A stretch of 64,000 nt of DNA, taken from positions 1-64,000 of the IMG/VR virus record IMGVR_UViG_3300045996_002640; one strand, 5' to 3'. A program made the translations under genes and the position numbers. Below the pieces are notes generated by a model. The model saw only the letters and a program-made list of their open reading frames with translations. It ran no database searches and had not been told where the DNA came from. This document shows, in pieces, positions 36,128-44,910 of the stretch. Position 1 is the first letter of the stretch, and every line of letters starts with the position of its first letter. The stretch comes from a virus.

Positions 36128-37222
36128 TCAGCGACGCGGACCGAGACCAGGCGCGAGGCGAAGCAGCGACATCCAATTGTGAGGGGTCGTGATCACCCGG
36201 CTCGGCACCTGAAGACCGCCCGAGCTCACCTGCGCGGCAGTGAAATACAGAAGCTTGCCGAAACGCGCGTCGGCCGTCGAGATCCAAGCCCCGCCGTCAC
36301 CATCGCAAACGACGCCCCACCCTTCGCCGTATGTGGCCGAGCTGTAGGTCATCGAGGCTTCGGGCGCTGGGTTCGAAGCGACGCTCGTAAGGGCCGCTAC
36401 AGTCGCCGCGCTCCAGCGCTTGAGCGTGTTCGAAATGTAGTCGAACGCGTGCAGGCGCCCGGCGTGAAATGCGATCCCGCCGATACCCGTGTCGCCATCG
36501 GTCGAAGCGCTGACATTCGACCCCTGCATCACCTTAACCGCCGGCTGGACGCCACCCTGCTTGAGCTGCGCCGGCGAGAGCGCCCACAGCTTGTTGGCGG
36601 CGCCCATCCAAACGTTGCCCGCCGCATCGAGGCACGTGTCCCAGGAGTTGCCGTTCGAATCGCTCGTCTCGATGACCCCCTGCATCGGCCACGCGTCGTT
36701 GGTCAGCAGCTGGTCGCGCTGGATCAAGCAGAGCGCTCCGCGCGTCAGAACGATCTCACCAGTCAGAAGTTCGACCACCGAGCGGGCGCCGCGCGGAGAG
36801 ATCATCCCGAGCTGCTCGGTCGAGATCCGCCGCACCAGCGGCGAGACCATCCCACCGTTCCGGGCCGCTTCCGGGTGCACCGTCCAGCGCTCGTAATCGT
36901 TGCTGACCGGGTCAAGGAGCCCCTCGCTCATCGCGACGATTGCCGTGCCGTCCTGAGTGATGCAAAGGCCGTGGCCGACGCCCGACCAAGGCACCGTTTC
37001 GAAATCGAGCGTGATCGCCGGCGGCCCGCTGTAGGCAGCCTGCGTCATCTGGTCGTGCGTGTACCCGATGAGCTGGAGCCACGTGTCGTTCGAATTGTCG
37101 AGCCCCCACAACGCGACCGGTACCGCCGGCGCCGCCGCGGGAACCTCGGGATAAGGCCCCTGCTCGAACGGGTTCGCGGGCTCGATGATCAGGTCTCGAA
37201 CCAGGCGGGTCTTCGTTTTCAT
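36128..37222 (-). CDS. beta-propeller-like protein
   Basis: Start MKTKTRL at 37222; repeated blade-like motifs (LDAAGNVWM, CDGDGGAWI). Confidence 0.7.
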   Translation of the reverse strand: MKTKTRLVRDLIIEPANPFEQGPYPEVPAAAPAVPVALWGLDNSNDTWLQLIGYTHDQMTQAAYSGPPAITLDFETVPWSGVGHGLCITQDGTAIVAMSEGLLDPVSNDYERWTVHPEAARNGGMVSPLVRRISTEQLGMISPRGARSVVELLTGEIVLTRGALCLIQRDQLLTNDAWPMQGVIETSDSNGNSWDTCLDAAGNVWMGAANKLWALSPAQLKQGGVQPAVKVMQGSNVSASTDGDTGIGGIAFHAGRLHAFDYISNTLKRWSAATVAALTSVASNPAPEASMTYSSATYGEGWGVVCDGDGGAWISTADARFGKLLYFTAAQVSSGGLQVPSRVITTPHNWMSLLRLAPGLGPRR

Positions 37223-38154
37223 TCCTCGGCCTCGCCCTGCTCGAGATCGACCGTCGTGTTGAACCGCTTGAGCTCGGCGTACTCGCGTTCGTCGAGCCGC
37301 TCGATCGTCCGGGTGAGCGCGATCGTGATCCCGAAGAGCTGCATCTGCTGAGCGAGCTCGCGCGGCAGCGCGCCAGCCTTGCCCCGACTCCTGATCTGAA
37401 TGCCCGTCGGGTTCGAGATGATGACCGCTCCGTCCTCGATCGTCTGGCGGTCGGTGAGCCGCTCGGTCACCATGTCGACCAGGCGCACGCCCTCGTTCGC
37501 GCGCTCCTCGGCGCCGTCGTTCCGGTCGACCACGATGCAAACGACGAACGTCTCGGAGTAGATCTGAACGCCCTCACCAGCGCGCGAGCGAGCTCGAGCG
37601 AGAGTACTCGTCGCCAAACCGTCCGCCGGTTCCGAGCCCTGCCAGATCACGAAGATACCGGGCAGCGCGCCGAGGTAGGTGCGCCAGAGCTCGAGCGTGT
37701 TCAGCTGCGTCCCTGGCTCGCCGATCGCCGCGCCGCGGAGGAGCGGGCCGTCCTTCGGGTTTGCGTCGGTGCCCTGGGTGGTCGGGGCGACCACCCGGGC
37801 GATCGGTTTGAAGCCAGGGACGGGCGGGTCGATCCGCATCTTGGTCCCGGGCTCCAGCGCCGCGTTAAAGCGCTTGCCGCCGAACATGGCCTTGGCCTGG
37901 ACCGTCCCCCCGTTCGGGAATTGGTAGGCCCCGCCGCGCCCGGCGTTGCCCATCGCCTGGGCCATGAACGCAAGGTCGTGCCTCAAGCCCCCGTTGACGA
38001 CCGGAACGAAGAACGTCCCGGGGAGGAACTTCCTCGGGTTCGAGTCGACCGGCGTGACCTCGATCTGGCAAACCGCCTGCTCGCCGGCGAGCGGCGCAGC
38101 GGTCGAAATCAGGCAGCGAGCGATATCGACCAGGTTGTTCGCGACGAACGCCAT
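37219..38154 (-). CDS. tail terminator / neck protein (Mu gp37 position)
   Basis: Synteny; LPGIFVIWQG...FVVCIVV motif. Confidence 0.6.
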   Translation of the reverse strand: MAFVANNLVDIARCLISTAAPLAGEQAVCQIEVTPVDSNPRKFLPGTFFVPVVNGGLRHDLAFMAQAMGNAGRGGAYQFPNGGTVQAKAMFGGKRFNAALEPGTKMRIDPPVPGFKPIARVVAPTTQGTDANPKDGPLLRGAAIGEPGTQLNTLELWRTYLGALPGIFVIWQGSEPADGLATSTLARARSRAGEGVQIYSETFVVCIVVDRNDGAEERANEGVRLVDMVTERLTDRQTIEDGAVIISNPTGIQIRSRGKAGALPRELAQQMQLFGITIALTRTIERLDEREYAELKRFNTTVDLEQGEAEE

Positions 38155-38161
38155 GTTGCGA

Positions 38162-38626
38162 TCATGCGCCTACCACCTGAGCAGCGATCAGGTCGACCGC
38201 GTCCTGTTGGATGAGCTCCATATCCACGTTGAAGAAATCGCGGAGCGGAATCACCTCGCGAGGCTCGGGGCTCACGTGGAAGACCGCGTACTCATTGTTC
38301 GTGAACGCCATCGCATAGTCGTCGCCGAAGTCGGGCATCACGCTTGCGGCCATCACGCCCGTGTCCTGGAGAATTTGGGCGCCCTTTCCTTCCTTGCGCC
38401 GGCGCTTGATCGTCTCGGGAGCGAGCTCCTTCCACTTCCCCGCCGGGCTCGCCGCGCCTTCGCTTTCGAAGTTCTCCTCTACCGCGCCGACCATGTCGCT
38501 CGCCACGATCTCGAGGACGTTCCGGAGGTTCTTGGCCTGACTCTGGATCTGCTTGAGGACCGCTTCTAGCGCCGAGGTGTCGGTGCCGACCGCAACCACG
38601 CCGTTCGCTTCGAAGACCATCGCCAT
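38162..38626 (-). CDS. virion morphogenesis protein (Mu gpG-like)
   Basis: ENFESEG..WKELAPETIKRR..ILQDTG..YAVFH..IPLRDF. Confidence 0.9.
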   Translation of the reverse strand: MAMVFEANGVVAVGTDTSALEAVLKQIQSQAKNLRNVLEIVASDMVGAVEENFESEGAASPAGKWKELAPETIKRRRKEGKGAQILQDTGVMAASVMPDFGDDYAMAFTNNEYAVFHVSPEPREVIPLRDFFNVDMELIQQDAVDLIAAQVVGA

Positions 38627-38629
38627 GGC

Positions 38630-38815
38630 TCACTCCTCGAGGTCGGGTTCGGTCAGCGGGAGCGGATGCTTCGAAGCCATCGGCTCAGTCGGGATCTCGT
38701 CTTCGTCGGTGTAGACCAAAGTGATGTGGCAGCGCGGGCACTCGCGCGGGAGCGGGAGCAAGATCGACAGCTCGCACACGTGGCACCGCTGCCAGCGATC
38801 GTCAGAAGCCACCAT
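38630..38815 (-). CDS. small zinc-ribbon protein
   Basis: CHVC...CPRC. Confidence 0.55.
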   Translation of the reverse strand: MVASDDRWQRCHVCELSILLPLPRECPRCHITLVYTDEDEIPTEPMASKHPLPLTEPDLEE

Positions 38816-39419
38816 GACCCGTCGGGTTCCTCTTGTCCGGAGCGAAGATGAAGCGCGGCTCGCAGGGCGAGCTCAGCTGCGGGTTCACCGCACCGCCTTC
38901 CTGGACGCCGACGCCGACCCGGGTCTGAGCGTTCGTATGAAGCGCCGAGCGTGCGAGCCTGTCGAAGTAGTCGTTCGCGCGCTCGTACTGGGCCCAGTAG
39001 CGGCCCTTACCGTCCGAGCCAAGGAGCTGGCCGCGCTGCTCGACCGCGAGCTCCATCGCCACCCAGGCCGCGTGCCGGCGCGCCAGACGGTCGGTCCTAC
39101 CGATCTCGTCGATCTGGTCCCGGACCGGCCAGGCCTTGAGCAGGTAGCTCGCCATGTGATCCTCCGCCGCGCAGAGGATCTCGATAAGTGGCATCGAGTC
39201 GCGGACCCCGTCGCCGTTGAAATCGAAGAGCTGGTCGATGACCGCCGCGCCGCCCGCAACGTTCTCGAGGTCCTTGGGCGTGAGGAACCGAGGAGTCGCG
39301 ACGAAGATCGGAGTCGGGTCGCCGAACGTCCGAACGCGAACGCGCGCGCGCCCGGTCGAGAAGAAGAAAGCCTTCCCCTTACCGAAGCCGCGAACGCCTA
39401 CTCGAGCGACGCCGCCCAT
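38802..39419 (-). CDS. head-tail adaptor (Mu gp36-like)
   Basis: LFDFNGDG..AAEDHMASYL..QYERANDYF pattern; synteny. Confidence 0.7.
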   Translation of the reverse strand: MGGVARVGVRGFGKGKAFFFSTGRARVRVRTFGDPTPIFVATPRFLTPKDLENVAGGAAVIDQLFDFNGDGVRDSMPLIEILCAAEDHMASYLLKAWPVRDQIDEIGRTDRLARRHAAWVAMELAVEQRGQLLGSDGKGRYWAQYERANDYFDRLARSALHTNAQTRVGVGVQEGGAVNPQLSSPCEPRFIFAPDKRNPTGHGGF

Positions 39420-39422
39420 GGC

Positions 39423-39878
39423 TCAGGCCGCCTCGTCTTCGACCTGCCACTCAGAGCCAAGCTCGCCCGCCTCAAACGCCGGCGTGGTGCCGTCGCTGAT
39501 GGGGATCGCCGGATCGAGTTGCCCGCGCACCAGGACCGTCCCAGCGCCAGTGCCGAGCGTTCCGAACGAGAACCAGAGGCCCACGCTCGAGCCGCCGGTG
39601 CAGGGCGGGAACACGATCGGCGCCGCGTTCGTCACCACGTTTCCGACGACCGAGAAGCCCGCCGCCGAGCGCACGACCCCTACTCGGGCGTAGCCGGTGT
39701 ACGCGACCTCGTTCGTGGCCTGGCTTCCGTTCGGACCCGGGTCCGCGCTGTGAAGCGCGACGTAGAACTGGCCCGCTGCAGCCGAGGGCTGGAGGCCGTC
39801 CGAATCCCCGATGTCATCGAACGGGATGTTCTGAAAGAGGAGCTTGAGGAGCGCGGTAGCGCTGAGGTTGCCGAGCAT
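39423..39878 (-). CDS. virion structural protein (fibre-like family)
   Basis: FYVALHSADPG..NEVAYTGYARV..NAAPIVFP..PAFEAGEL. Confidence 0.85.
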   Translation of the reverse strand: MLGNLSATALLKLLFQNIPFDDIGDSDGLQPSAAAGQFYVALHSADPGPNGSQATNEVAYTGYARVGVVRSAAGFSVVGNVVTNAAPIVFPPCTGGSSVGLWFSFGTLGTGAGTVLVRGQLDPAIPISDGTTPAFEAGELGSEWQVEDEAA

Positions 39879-39955
39879 GGTGGGGAGCCTCCAAACAGAA
39901 AGACCCGCTCAGGCATAACCCGAGCGGGCCGATCTTGTCTCCTCCGCCTCGCGCT

Positions 39956-40366
39956 TTATTCGAGCTCGACCGCGTCGAGCTTGAGCAAGTGAGCGGCTTC
40001 CTCTTCCGAGCACTCGAACACGGTGCCGGCGGGAATGAAGCCGTCCTTGGCTGCCGGGTGAATCATGCGAATGTCGTTCTTCGCCTTCACCTTACCGGCG
40101 AACACCTTGGATTTCGCTTTCGTCTTCTTGGGCGAGACCTTGGTGCTGAACACGGGAGGAACGTCGTCCGCGCGCGAAGCGGGCGGTGCCGGCGGAGGCG
40201 AATCCTCCGATTCGGGAACCTCTTCCTCGGCCTCGGTCTCGAGCTCCTCGTCTTCCGTTTCAGCCTCGGGGGTCGCCGCTTGGGCGCCCTTTTCTTCGGG
40301 CTGGGTCTCGGGCTTGGTCTCGGCGCCGGCCTTCGGGGGCTGGGTCGCCGCTTTTCTCGTTGCCAT
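39956..40366 (-). CDS. hypothetical head-region protein
   Basis: Follows the MCP; C-terminal PAGTVFECSEEEAAHLLKLDAVE. Confidence 0.7.
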   Translation of the reverse strand: MATRKAATQPPKAGAETKPETQPEEKGAQAATPEAETEDEELETEAEEEVPESEDSPPPAPPASRADDVPPVFSTKVSPKKTKAKSKVFAGKVKAKNDIRMIHPAAKDGFIPAGTVFECSEEEAAHLLKLDAVELE

Positions 40367-40387
40367 CAGATCTCCGTCGGGGGGTGT

Positions 40388-40426
40388 TGATAGGGGTCCG
40401 AACCGCTCGGACTCAGACCCCTATCA
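40388..40426 (-). terminator. hairpin immediately after the major capsid gene
   Basis: TGATAGGGGTC / GACCCCTATCA 11-bp inverted repeat; no strong U-tract. Confidence 0.45.
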
Positions 40427-40433
40427 TGCCGGG

Positions 40434-41480
40434 TCACTGAATGACGCCGGAGATCAGACCGCCGACGACCGTGCTGGTCATCTTGGCGATGTCCGCCATG
40501 CTGGTCACGATCATCGTGCCGCCGAGCGGGCCGCGGTCGTTCACGAAGAACTCGCGCGTCTCGAAGCCGGTACCGCTCGGGCCCTTGCGACGGAAGGTGA
40601 ACGTGCTCGCGATGTCCTCGCCCGAGGTCGGAACGCCGGGCGGGGAGTGGGTGGCGACCACGTAGCTGTCCCCGAGGAAGGGAACGATCGAGCCCGCGGC
40701 GTTCCGGTACTTGGCGCCGCAGACGTGCACCACACCGACCGCCGGGATCACGAAGTCGATCATCCGATTGACCGCGCTCGCCTCGTTCAGGCTCTGGATC
40801 GTCGATGCCATCGCGGCGTCGCCGTTCATGAACCGGAAGTGATCGCGCACCTTGTCGTGGCGAATGAAGTAGTTCGCGACCTTCTGGTTCATCCAGAATT
40901 CGACCGGGCTCATGACCGAGCGATCAGCGATCGTCATCAGATCGAAAATCGGGTCGGAGCTCGCCCCGCCGTTCCACTGGAATCCGGCCGCCAGGGTGAC
41001 CACGTTGTTCGCGTTCCACGAACCGGACGTGGTGAGCAGCGTCCAGACGTCGAGCTCGCGGTCGATCTGGAGCGCGCGCTTGCAGCGCTGCATCGCGGCT
41101 TGGCGCGGCTTGAACGCCTTCACCGCGTTGAGCTCGGTCACGGTCGGAACGAACGCGCCGACGAGGCGGTCGACCACCTTGTAGCTCAAGAGCTCGGTCT
41201 TCGCGTCGACCTCGGGCACGCGCTGCTGGTGCGACGCCTTCACGTGCACCGGCTTGAACGCGTCGTCCGAGCTCATGCTCCGGTACTTGTCCTCGTCCAC
41301 ATCGACGAGGATGATCTTGCTGGCTTCGTCCGCGCGGTAGTTCGGGACGTTGTAGCCGGCGAGATAGGTGGACATCTCCTCGGCCACGTGGACGTCGGAC
41401 GGGCTGAGCGCCAGCGTGACCTTCTGGCCTGCCTTGCCGATCGGGCTGTCCTCGGCGAGGACGATCTCCATGCGTTCCAT
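40434..41480 (-). CDS. major capsid protein
   Basis: 348 aa after the protease and decoration genes; QWNGGASSDPIFDL and GGLISGVI patterns of phage capsid proteins. Confidence 0.85.
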   Translation of the reverse strand: MERMEIVLAEDSPIGKAGQKVTLALSPSDVHVAEEMSTYLAGYNVPNYRADEASKIILVDVDEDKYRSMSSDDAFKPVHVKASHQQRVPEVDAKTELLSYKVVDRLVGAFVPTVTELNAVKAFKPRQAAMQRCKRALQIDRELDVWTLLTTSGSWNANNVVTLAAGFQWNGGASSDPIFDLMTIADRSVMSPVEFWMNQKVANYFIRHDKVRDHFRFMNGDAAMASTIQSLNEASAVNRMIDFVIPAVGVVHVCGAKYRNAAGSIVPFLGDSYVVATHSPPGVPTSGEDIASTFTFRRKGPSGTGFETREFFVNDRGPLGGTMIVTSMADIAKMTSTVVGGLISGVIQ

Positions 41481-41573
41481 TTTCTTTGCTCCTGAGAGGT
41501 TCGTTTTTTCCCGGCGCTCTGCCGGCCGATTTCTTTGGATAGAGCTCGGGTGTTGAGGCCCGAGCCCTGTTGG

Positions 41574-41966
41574 TTAGTTCGCCTCGCCGCCCGGACCGGT
41601 GAGCTCGACTTCGAAGTACTCGGTGTTGGCGCCAGCGGTGAGCGCGGTGCCGATCGTGCTGTTGCCCGAGGCAGCGGCCACGCCGTCGCCATCTGCGTCG
41701 CTCGTGACCTGAGCGCCCTGCGCCACCACGCCGCCGCCGAGGACGATCGCGACTCCGCCGATCTGCACGTCGCCGTACTCACCGTTCGGGATGTCGGCCA
41801 TCGCCACGCCGTAGAGCGGGTCGGTCGCCGCCGCGCCCACGCGGATGGTGCCAGGCACGCCCGCGGAGTGGAGCTTGACGATCTTACCCTTGACGATCGT
41901 CGAACCCGAGTCGTTGTAACCCGCCCGGATTTCCGGGGCGATCACGCGTTCCTGATTGAGTCCCAT
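41574..41966 (-). CDS. capsid decoration/cement protein (DUF2190-like)
   Basis: YGVAMADIPNGEYGDVQIGGVAIVLGGGVVAQGAQVTSDADG. Confidence 0.85.
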   Translation of the reverse strand: MGLNQERVIAPEIRAGYNDSGSTIVKGKIVKLHSAGVPGTIRVGAAATDPLYGVAMADIPNGEYGDVQIGGVAIVLGGGVVAQGAQVTSDADGDGVAAASGNSTIGTALTAGANTEYFEVELTGPGGEAN

Positions 41967-42018
41967 TTTCTAAATCCTCGTTCTGGAGAGCTGTAGTTTC
42001 GGTCGCCCAGGGTGACGC

Positions 42019-43809
42019 TCAGTCGGTGAACTGGACGCCGCTCGCACGGAGGCCGTGCGCCTCGGCGGTGACCGCATCCCAGTCGAGCTTCGGGTTCTGG
42101 GCCTTGACCCAGTTGCAAACGCGGTCGAAGGAGTTGAGCCCGGAGATCCCGGCGAGGCTCACGCTCTTCACGCCCTCGCCTGCATTGGCGCGACCGACCT
42201 GCTCGAGCCGCACGCCGCCGGCGCCGTCACTCACGAGCCGCGTCTCACCACCGAGCTTGCTCTTCGAAATGCTCTGCAGCAGGTGCGGAGCCTGGCCAGG
42301 GGTGATCGCGCCCGGTGCGGGCAACGGGTACTTCTCGAGGAACTTCGGCTTACCGAGCGTCTTGCGCTCGAGCTTGATCCCAGCGACGACCGACTTGCGG
42401 AACGTCTCGGGCAAAGCGTCGAAGCCCGGCTGCGAAGCGGCCGCCTTCTCGGCGTCCTCTTCGATCTCCTTATCCTCGGCAGCCGCCTTGGCTTCGCGCA
42501 GCTCCTTGAGCTCGGGCATGAGCGCCTCGAGCTCCTTCACCTGCGTGAACATGTTCGCGATCTTGTCGGTCGCGCCCGCACTGTCCTCGATCCCGAGGGC
42601 CTTGCAGATGGCGCCGAGCTTCTCGACCGCCGACATGGCCTTCGAGGATTCCTCGAGGATCACGGCGTCGATCACGTTCGGCGAGAGGTGTAGGTTCTTC
42701 GCGAGCGCGATACGGAACGACAGAGTCGCATCCGCCGCTTCGAGAACGGCTGCTTCGGTGTCGATGACGCGGAAACGGGTGGCGAGAGCCTTGATGATCG
42801 TCATGTTCTTCTTCTCCAGTACGGCCGGCGCTGGTTCGGCCGGGGAGGGTGCGGGAGCCGGAGCCGGCTCGGGGTTCTTGAGTGCTTCCTCTTCGAGGAG
42901 TCGCTGCAGCAGGTTCGCGCCCGCCGCGAAGACCTCCTCGTTCAAGGAGAGAGCGGGCAGATTGAAGATCTTGCGCATGGCGCCGACGAGCTCGTCGAGC
43001 TCCACGCCGAGGGGCGCCATCCCGGTCCCGACCCATTCCTGGACCAGACCGATCTGCTTGAGGACGTCGCCGATGCCCGCGGTGTTCGCGAGGCCGAACA
43101 GGTTCCGGAGCTTCTCGAGCGCGTCCTTCGGTGAGCTCGCGGCGTCGTAGTAGTAGTACCCGAGACGCGCTTCCGCGGGCTCGCGACGCTCAGCAGCGAG
43201 CGGCGTCATTCCCTCGATAAACGGCTTGTTCGTGAGCGCGATCGACGTCAGGTTCGCGCCGATGTCCGCGCCCGTGACCGGGTCGATCGAGTGGAACAGA
43301 ACTGTGACCGAACTCCACTGGTACCGGCCCTCTTTGACGTACGAGCGCGCCGGCTCGAGCCAAAGCGTGTACGCCCAGAGCTGCACCTTGCCGTCCGCGC
43401 CGACGCGAGTGTTGAGGTCGTAGACCCAGCCTTGCGCGGGGGCTCCGTTCACCGGGATCGAACCGCTCGTCGGGTTCATCTCGGAGGCGTGGTGGAAGTC
43501 CCAGGGAACGACCTTGCTCGCGCCGACGCCCAGTGCATCCGCCTTGTAGGCGGGGTGCGCTCGGAAGTTCTTGATGATCTGGTCGAAGACGCCCTGATCG
43601 AACTTGAAGGCACCCGCTGAGTACCCGGCGTAGGTTCCCTCTTGCGCGACCTGGACCCACACCGGCTTGTTCTCGTCCGCCGCCGGGAGCGCCGTGGCGT
43701 CGAGCAAGATGGACGCGACCGCCGACATAGAGCCGGGCTTCGCCTTGAGCACCACCGGTTTCGGTTGGGCGCCCAACGCAATCGCGTGAGGGTTTCGGAA
43801 TCGGGGCAT
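42019..43809 (-). CDS. Mu gpI-like prohead protease with C-terminal scaffold
   Basis: PWDFHHAS..APAQGWV..LWA..W..GRYQWSS..SIALTNKPFIEGM. Confidence 0.92.
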   Translation of the reverse strand: MPRFRNPHAIALGAQPKPVVLKAKPGSMSAVASILLDATALPAADENKPVWVQVAQEGTYAGYSAGAFKFDQGVFDQIIKNFRAHPAYKADALGVGASKVVPWDFHHASEMNPTSGSIPVNGAPAQGWVYDLNTRVGADGKVQLWAYTLWLEPARSYVKEGRYQWSSVTVLFHSIDPVTGADIGANLTSIALTNKPFIEGMTPLAAERREPAEARLGYYYYDAASSPKDALEKLRNLFGLANTAGIGDVLKQIGLVQEWVGTGMAPLGVELDELVGAMRKIFNLPALSLNEEVFAAGANLLQRLLEEEALKNPEPAPAPAPSPAEPAPAVLEKKNMTIIKALATRFRVIDTEAAVLEAADATLSFRIALAKNLHLSPNVIDAVILEESSKAMSAVEKLGAICKALGIEDSAGATDKIANMFTQVKELEALMPELKELREAKAAAEDKEIEEDAEKAAASQPGFDALPETFRKSVVAGIKLERKTLGKPKFLEKYPLPAPGAITPGQAPHLLQSISKSKLGGETRLVSDGAGGVRLEQVGRANAGEGVKSVSLAGISGLNSFDRVCNWVKAQNPKLDWDAVTAEAHGLRASGVQFTD

Positions 43810-44252
43810 CAGGAAGCCTGGTCAGCAGCAGCGAAGAAGACTTCGATCACGACCTCGCCGGCGGTGAGGCCGAGCAGCGTGTGGGCACCGTCCGGAGTGA
43901 ACGTCGCCTGGAGCAAGCGACCGCCCTGATCGCCGATTGCCACACCGGCAGTACCAGCGACCGGGTTCGCGCCGCCGGCGGTGCCGCCGAAGACGTCGAA
44001 CGTAGTGACCACTCGGTCCGGGTCCGCGGCGTCGCCGAGGATGAGGCCGACGGCCGAAGCCGCGCCGCCCGTGAACTGAGTCTTCAGGTCGATCGAGCGA
44101 CCGAGGATGACCGCGCCGGAAGGGAAGCGACCGAGGTCGAGCGCCTGAGCGGCACCGTTCGCCGCGGCAGTGAGGTCCGCGTGAGTGATCGTTCGCTTGA
44201 ACTTTCGGACGCGAGCGCCGTACGCCTGGTTGAGCCGTGCGAAGATGTTCAT
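43809..44252 (-). CDS. head decoration-like protein
   Basis: Gly/Ala-rich beta protein in the head cluster. Confidence 0.6.
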   Translation of the reverse strand: MNIFARLNQAYGARVRKFKRTITHADLTAAANGAAQALDLGRFPSGAVILGRSIDLKTQFTGGAASAVGLILGDAADPDRVVTTFDVFGGTAGGANPVAGTAGVAIGDQGGRLLQATFTPDGAHTLLGLTAGEVVIEVFFAAADQAS

Positions 44253-44304
44253 CAGGGTTTCTCCGGGCGTTCTCTAAAAACCGCCTCGAACTTCGCGAAC
44301 CCAA

Positions 44305-44910
44305 TCACGCGCGAAGACTGCGTGTCAAGCGCGCTTGATCGACCGAGCGCGCGATCTCGATCAGCCACTCGGCGAACGCGGGAGGTGATTTGCGTCGCTG
44401 CTCGGCGCTGCAGACCTTGATTCCGTCGGGTACTGGACCGCGCGGAGCGTTGCGCGAGCCGCTCGCCCAGTGCGTCGGCACGCCTCCAGTGCGCACGCCT
44501 TGCTCCACGAAATCGCGTGGAGCTCCTACGATGTAGAGCCAGGTCTTTTTGCGAGCGACGTGCCCCCACGCGCATTGCTCGACCTGGATCGTGAAGCCGC
44601 CGTACGTGTCCATGAGCTCGCCGGGGCGAGGGAGCTCGACCAGCTTCCAGAGCGTCGAGTGAGCAGGGTGCTCGAGCACGCCTCCGAACACCCGCACCTG
44701 AGCCACAGCGATCAGCGCGCAATCGTTCTCAGCGCCTTGGTACAGCTGCTTGAGCTTCGAGTAGGGGCCGCACGGAGGATGCGCGACGACCGGCCAGGGC
44801 CCGGCGTACCCGCGCGCGTCGCGCTTCGCATCCCAGCAAAACGACGACCCGAGCAGCTCCGGGTAGGGGCCGTTCGGGTCGATGTAGAGCGCTGCAACTC
44901 GAGCGGTCAT
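44305..44910 (-). CDS. minimal C5-cytosine DNA methyltransferase-like protein
   Basis: VAHPPC (motif IV), VLEHP (motif VI) and RKKTWLY (motif VIII-like); no FxGxG motif I; ATGA-coupled to the portal. Confidence 0.7.
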   Translation of the reverse strand: MTARVAALYIDPNGPYPELLGSSFCWDAKRDARGYAGPWPVVAHPPCGPYSKLKQLYQGAENDCALIAVAQVRVFGGVLEHPAHSTLWKLVELPRPGELMDTYGGFTIQVEQCAWGHVARKKTWLYIVGAPRDFVEQGVRTGGVPTHWASGSRNAPRGPVPDGIKVCSAEQRRKSPPAFAEWLIEIARSVDQARLTRSLRA

